From Mayamaea pseudoterrestris (taxonomy: Eukaryota), in the NCBI GenBank assembly GCA_027923505.1, contig BROI01000010.1:186001-250000 (forward strand): a stretch of DNA of 64,000 nucleotides, given 5' to 3'. Numbering within the stretch: the stretch's first letter is position 1; each line of letters opens with the position of its first letter. Under the pieces are notes generated by a model. That model was not told the DNA's origin, searched no databases, and saw nothing but the letters and a program-made list of their open reading frames with translations. Both the position numbers and the translations under genes were made by a program. Shown in pieces: positions 58,807 to 64,000 of this stretch.

Positions 58807-61800
58807 ATGGCAACGACGAAAGTACCCAAACCTCCCAAGAAGCCGCCTGCTCGCGCAACGAGAAGCACTCCGATTTCCAGGGAGAAGGCGACCAGAGATT
58901 ATTATGAGCGAAAATGGCAAGCAAACTACAACGAGCTTCTGATATTTAAGGAAAAGAGTGGACACTGCAATGTCCCACGCATCGAAGGAAAGCTTGGCGC
59001 TTGGGTCGCCGACCAACGTATTCTTTACAGAAAATTAACACTTGATACGGATCGAGAGGCAAAGCTCAACGATATTGGGTTTACTTGGGAAATTCGTGTG
59101 TCTTGGCAAGTGATGTTTGAGCGGCTGAAAGCGCTGATGGAAAAGAATGGGCATTGCAATGTCCCAGCAGGCGGAGGAAAGCTTGGCCCTTGGGTCACCA
59201 AACAACGAATGAGTTACAAAAACTCAATACTTGATACTGATCGAGAGGCTAAGCTGAACAGTATTGGGTTTCTTTGGCAAGCTCGAGCTCGTGAGTCTTG
59301 GCTCGACATGTTTGATAGGCTGAAAGTCTATAAGGAAATGCATGGGCACTGCAACGTCCCAGCAGGCAGCGGTAACCTTGGTACGTGGGTATCCACACAA
59401 CGCAAGGGATACCAAAAATCAACAATAGATAATGATCGAGAGGCTCAGCTCAACGGGATTGGGTTTGTTTGGCAAGTTCGTGTGCCTTGGCATGGCATGT
59501 TTGAAAGGCTGAAAGTCTTTAAGGAAATGCATGGGCATTGCTATGTCCCATACAACGAAGGGACGCTTGGCACTTGGGTCAAAAGCCAACGACGTTTCAG
59601 ATGGAAAAAACCTCATCGAGTGGCAGCTCTCAACAGCATTGGTTTTGACTGGAGAGATTACACTGGGAAACCAACGCTTGTCTCTGAGGATGAAGGATGT
59701 TTGTCGGACGGCATCAGGGACGGGCGGAGTTCATGCGCTAACTCTGATGGAGGCAAATACCCGCTTTGCCCTCAATCATTTATAAAATTCAAGCAGTCAA
59801 ATAAGTTGGAACACAAAAATGACGCTGCGGGTGGGGTGATGGATACTTCTTGCAATGCTTATGAAGATGAACGCGTCGACGCAGCTTTTGACTGCGACAC
59901 TGGCAATAGCGCACATGCGCCTTATCCGAGCGAGACGATCACCGATGGTGCGTGCGATGCTCGAGCTGATTTCCAAGCTGAAGGGGCAATTCATTTTCAT
60001 ATACATGACGACTATAATAGTGGCAAGGACGTTGTATTTGGAAGCAACAATCAAGATGCGTTCAACCTGAATGGGGAAGGCATTGCTAATGACGATACGA
60101 CAAGCAGTATTCATGCCCAACAGGGTGACAATCAGGGTGATATGCTACATGATGGCGATGCTGAGGCGTTTGACAGTGACCAAGAAGAAGCTCAGGTCGC
60201 GTCCAGATCCAGTCCGGAAACGAAACAAACGGACGGAGGGAGGGCCGCAAAATACGACACACCACTTAATGCTTCTGATGCTTCTGTTGCATCAGCCAAC
60301 AATAATGGCGATAAATTGCGCAATGAGGGTGGCGGTGGATCTGTCCTTGAAAAGGACCCATGCGACAACAAGTCTGACGAGAGGCTTGCCCCAAGCGCTG
60401 GCGGTAGCAATGGTGCACTAAACGTGTTCGATCATGAACATGAAAATGAGCAAGTATGGCGTGATAACGATGCTACCGATGATAGCTTGGCATTATATGG
60501 CCTAAACAACCATACATTTAATGTTAGGCGGGCGGTATTTAATCCAGCCACAACGATACCTCCAACAAGAAAGCGGAAACGACAATTTGTAGCAGCGTTG
60601 GAGAAAGAATCAGTCAACTTTCAAACGAACGAGATTCTAATCGCACGTTTACCTGCAGCGCTTTGCAAGAGAGGAAGACGCAGGATTGACAGTGAGCGTT
60701 TACCTGCAGTGCTTTGCAAGAGAGGAAGACGCAGGATTGACAGTGAATCATCCATTAAGTTTCGATACACGGACCCCTGCTTTAAGTCTGTGATTTATAA
60801 TAGCGTGCCTGTTAGGATGATTGACAGTGCCGAATTTGTCGACGGGCAAGGTGCTCCAATTAATGGTTGGGAAACTTTGGTCGTAAAAAGCGTTCACGCG
60901 CAATTGCTGATCATTTTGGAAGTGATGGCGGCCGGCTCAAAGGACGGTCGTCAGCAATTTTATGGTTTACTTTGTTCAGCGATGAGAAACCCCCAAAATG
61001 TATTTATGTACGTGACACAAAGCGCTTTTGGTGTGGGCATGGACAACGTCTCTGCCAGCAAAGTCATCCGACACATCGCCAAAGTCTCACTGCTCGATGA
61101 CACGGTTACTGAGATTCAAGTACGCTTCTGTCAAACAAACCAGTCGGAGCTCGAGAAGCGGTTTATTCAGCTCATAGCCGAAGCGCCCGTGCAGCGCCAA
61201 CAGATTTACCTACTTCACCCGGTTAATTCAGGGTCTGCGATACCCAAGGCTGATGGAAAGGATAAGGTTACCGATGAATATATAATTTTTGCTACTACGG
61301 CGGCACGTGATGTTAACATCTCATGCGCTGGCCCTTCTAGCGATGTTTCAACCATAGGCCAAGGTGGCATTTCAGCCGCCTTCTCCGGCGGCGCTAGCGA
61401 AGGCGCTTTGCAAATGTCTCGCACCTTGCCGTTTCATTCTGCTTATCATCGCGGCGCTGTTGGCCGACCACTTTTCATGCGTCGCTCGCTGCGATTTAAC
61501 AGAGCACCTGCTCACGATGATACCGCTGCGGGCTACCCCAGTGATGTGTCAACCTTGGGAGAAGCCGGCTTTTCTGCCACCTTAAATCAACAAGGCGTTT
61601 TGACGCCAAGACCCTCGCGAACTGCCCAGCCATTTCATTCTTCTTTTGATCGCGAATGTTTTGACCTGCACATGAATCCTCGTCGCCCGCGGCGTTCTCG
61701 ATCGCGAAAAGTAGCCATTGGCTATGATGGCGACGAATCGTCTACTTCTTCAAACTCTTCGATTGCGGAAAGCGAATCGACAATGCAATTTGATTCGACA

Positions 61801-62010
61801 TTGGATTCTGACTCGACAACCCAATCTGAATCGCAGCTAAGGATTAAGGACCCAATAGACTATCACAGGCGCGTTCAAAAAGCTCGGAACGATGCAATCA
61901 ATAGCAAGGGTAAAGGATTACGGAAACATTACAAGCATGATTCGCTGGTTCAGGACGGCGACGACAGCACTTACTACTGCAAAACAAGTGTCACCTCGGC
62001 TACATCGTAG
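58807..62010 (+). CDS. Helicase-associated (HA) domain repeat protein with long low-complexity tail
   Basis: Four W...L..FKE..GHCNVP...LG.WV..QR...LN.IGF.W repeats. Confidence 0.88.
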   Translation: MATTKVPKPPKKPPARATRSTPISREKATRDYYERKWQANYNELLIFKEKSGHCNVPRIEGKLGAWVADQRILYRKLTLDTDREAKLNDIGFTWEIRVSWQVMFERLKALMEKNGHCNVPAGGGKLGPWVTKQRMSYKNSILDTDREAKLNSIGFLWQARARESWLDMFDRLKVYKEMHGHCNVPAGSGNLGTWVSTQRKGYQKSTIDNDREAQLNGIGFVWQVRVPWHGMFERLKVFKEMHGHCYVPYNEGTLGTWVKSQRRFRWKKPHRVAALNSIGFDWRDYTGKPTLVSEDEGCLSDGIRDGRSSCANSDGGKYPLCPQSFIKFKQSNKLEHKNDAAGGVMDTSCNAYEDERVDAAFDCDTGNSAHAPYPSETITDGACDARADFQAEGAIHFHIHDDYNSGKDVVFGSNNQDAFNLNGEGIANDDTTSSIHAQQGDNQGDMLHDGDAEAFDSDQEEAQVASRSSPETKQTDGGRAAKYDTPLNASDASVASANNNGDKLRNEGGGGSVLEKDPCDNKSDERLAPSAGGSNGALNVFDHEHENEQVWRDNDATDDSLALYGLNNHTFNVRRAVFNPATTIPPTRKRKRQFVAALEKESVNFQTNEILIARLPAALCKRGRRRIDSERLPAVLCKRGRRRIDSESSIKFRYTDPCFKSVIYNSVPVRMIDSAEFVDGQGAPINGWETLVVKSVHAQLLIILEVMAAGSKDGRQQFYGLLCSAMRNPQNVFMYVTQSAFGVGMDNVSASKVIRHIAKVSLLDDTVTEIQVRFCQTNQSELEKRFIQLIAEAPVQRQQIYLLHPVNSGSAIPKADGKDKVTDEYIIFATTAARDVNISCAGPSSDVSTIGQGGISAAFSGGASEGALQMSRTLPFHSAYHRGAVGRPLFMRRSLRFNRAPAHDDTAAGYPSDVSTLGEAGFSATLNQQGVLTPRPSRTAQPFHSSFDRECFDLHMNPRRPRRSRSRKVAIGYDGDESSTSSNSSIAESESTMQFDSTLDSDSTTQSESQLRIKDPIDYHRRVQKARNDAINSKGKGLRKHYKHDSLVQDGDDSTYYCKTSVTSATS

Positions 62011-62564
62011 TTGGCTAGGTTTTACATCTAATATATGAAAGTACATATCAACGCTTTGGTATTAACCACCTTCAGGGCTCGGCTAGAACTATACGAAACG
62101 GAACTTGCGCACTGCATCTTCCCGGCGCTTGCGTTGTTGTCTGCAACAACTCGCCTCGCAAAAACATATATAGTGACTGCTGCATTGATGGTTGATCCGT
62201 GGGATCGGCTTGCGCAAGCTCAGCAGCGCATCATAATGCACCGTGTGAGTATAATATTCAAAACACCCCGTTCCAGGAAACGAATTCGTCCCGTGTGTGC
62301 TAACTAGATAAGCCAGCATTAACGCGATAAGCCAGCGTTAACGATGGAACATTCACTGCAGTCAAGCGCAGAGTATTCTGTTGCAGACGTCGGATGGTCG
62401 AATCGTTGTGTTAGCGTTGTACGTGCTTCACGCGCAGCACATGCGGAAATATTAACTTTGCCAGCAACGACATAGCTAGCCAAAGCGCGGCTCGCGTACC
62501 AGCGCGCCAGCCACTCGTGCATGCGTCGCGCCATGGCGATGGCGCGCCGCTCATTCATTTCACC

Positions 62565-63204
62565 ATGACTCCAGCAACAGCAACCACCGCTCAGTCTCCG
62601 TTGGGCCGGGTCGTTACCATTCCCATTCACTTTGCGGGTAGTAACGCTGACGGCGACGATGTTCCCGAGTGGGCCATGATTGAAATCAATGGCGAGCTCG
62701 TCGTTCCGCCGTTGAATGATGATGCAGACGACGATGATGCAGACGAGGAAGCTACGAAACACGTCAGGAGCGATCAGTTGGAGCTTGGATCGATTCGGTT
62801 CGATGGAGAGGTATGTTGATAAAAGTGAAAATACTGCCTGCCGTTTCATTCATTGGCGAAGCCTTTGTGTCGAAAATCCGTGCTCGGATCGTAATCGTCG
62901 CTCATTCCATTCTATCATTTATCTGTCATAGACTCCAGTCATGATACTCGGCAGCCACGAGCTCATTGGAACAGTTGAAACGCTCAAGCAGCCCTTTTGC
63001 GTCCTGCGCAAGGAAGTGGTCGAGCCGTTGACCGACAATGAATTTGCCATGAGTGAAGAAACGCCTGCAAACGCAGACGCTACAAATACAAGTGCAAGCA
63101 GCAGTGACAGCAGCAGGAGCGTGTCCTACGTCGTGCAAGGCGTCGTGACTCGCAAACTTTTGTTCAACAAGTACCCCAAGGTCATTATGCGATCCATGCG
63201 GTGA
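62565..63204 (+). CDS. CTF8: Chromosome transmission fidelity protein 8; intron 62811-62931
   Basis: Motifs EWAMIEINGEL, LGSHELIGTVETLKQPF and RKLLFNKYPK; phase-0 GT-AG intron. Confidence 0.88.
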
Positions 63205-64000
63205 GGCGAAACTTGAGTCGGTGGTCGACGCTTTGTGCGTACTGCGTACTTGATGGAGCGGTGGCTACTCGAGCCGGCGAATTTGACGACTGCATTCACT
63301 TCCTGATCAATAGTCGCCACGTTTATCGCAGTCGGTAGCGGGTGTGTAAGATGATGCCGCTTGGGTCGTCGGCGACGAAAGCAGCTATGAGGAACAAACA
63401 CTATATGCAACAGTCAACGTTTCTATGTATTAACCACAATCTTTAACTCAACTATCTTTCATTTCACGTCTCTAGCCGATATCTTTTTTTTTGTATGTGC
63501 ACAGATCGAATGCAACCAAGTCTCCTGCATTGGTCCTTTTTTGCCGACAAGGTGAATGAGCGGATTGGAGGTGCAGCATCCAGCAGGCAGGCCTTTTTTT
63601 GCCACGACGGAACGAAAGATTGTCCACAAGCCATTCATTCAAGCACTCTTCAATGACTGCGAGCCGCTACATCTGCGCATGGGAAGTTTCCAAATGCGGA
63701 AAGTGTTCGCTTGGCATGTCATGCCTTGCGACAGGTGCGCAAGTCAATATGGCCACGCTGCGTACAAGCTGGTGGAAGCGGTACCATGTAGAATGAACGG
63801 GTAAGTTCATTCGATTGGACTACATACTACGGCAGCTCTATACCGTATTAATAGCTCTAGCCTTTCACCATGCACTTTGTCAATGTTGCATGTGTGTATA
63901 GCAAATAAAAATCTTCATCGCATCGCCAAAACGTCATTCATTATTGATACGACACTTAAAGTTCGCATTCATTGCCGCTTATTAAGAAGGAACGGCTCGC

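Overview
Eukaryotic nuclear DNA, most likely from a pennate diatom. This is inferred from the short GT-AG introns, CoDi-like copia element, bipartite plastid-type leader peptides and diatom-expanded gene families. Positions 1-14025 are a minus-strand tyrosine-recombinase (Ngaro/PAT-type) retrotransposon with split direct repeats (A1-ORFs-B1-A2-B2). Its gag-like ORF1 and RT ORF2 lie in one frame, separated by a single UGA buried in a 15-bp GNRA hairpin. ORF2 appears to begin with a catalytically degenerate cytosine-methyltransferase-like fold. A 5.5-kb internally deleted Ty1/copia element with TG...TA ends is nested antisense in the RT. The remaining ~50 kb is gene-dense: apyrase, RPN9, IDO-like, WD40, PhoD, RPC8, LRR-like, metallophosphoesterase, KMO-like, SGNH hydrolase, syntaxin-16, two papain-like paralogs, PRMT5, an HA-repeat protein, CTF8 and hypotheticals. 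It also contains two TA-flanked TIR elements, a deleted MULE transposase and several local duplications. All family calls come from reading motifs by eye; no searches were run.
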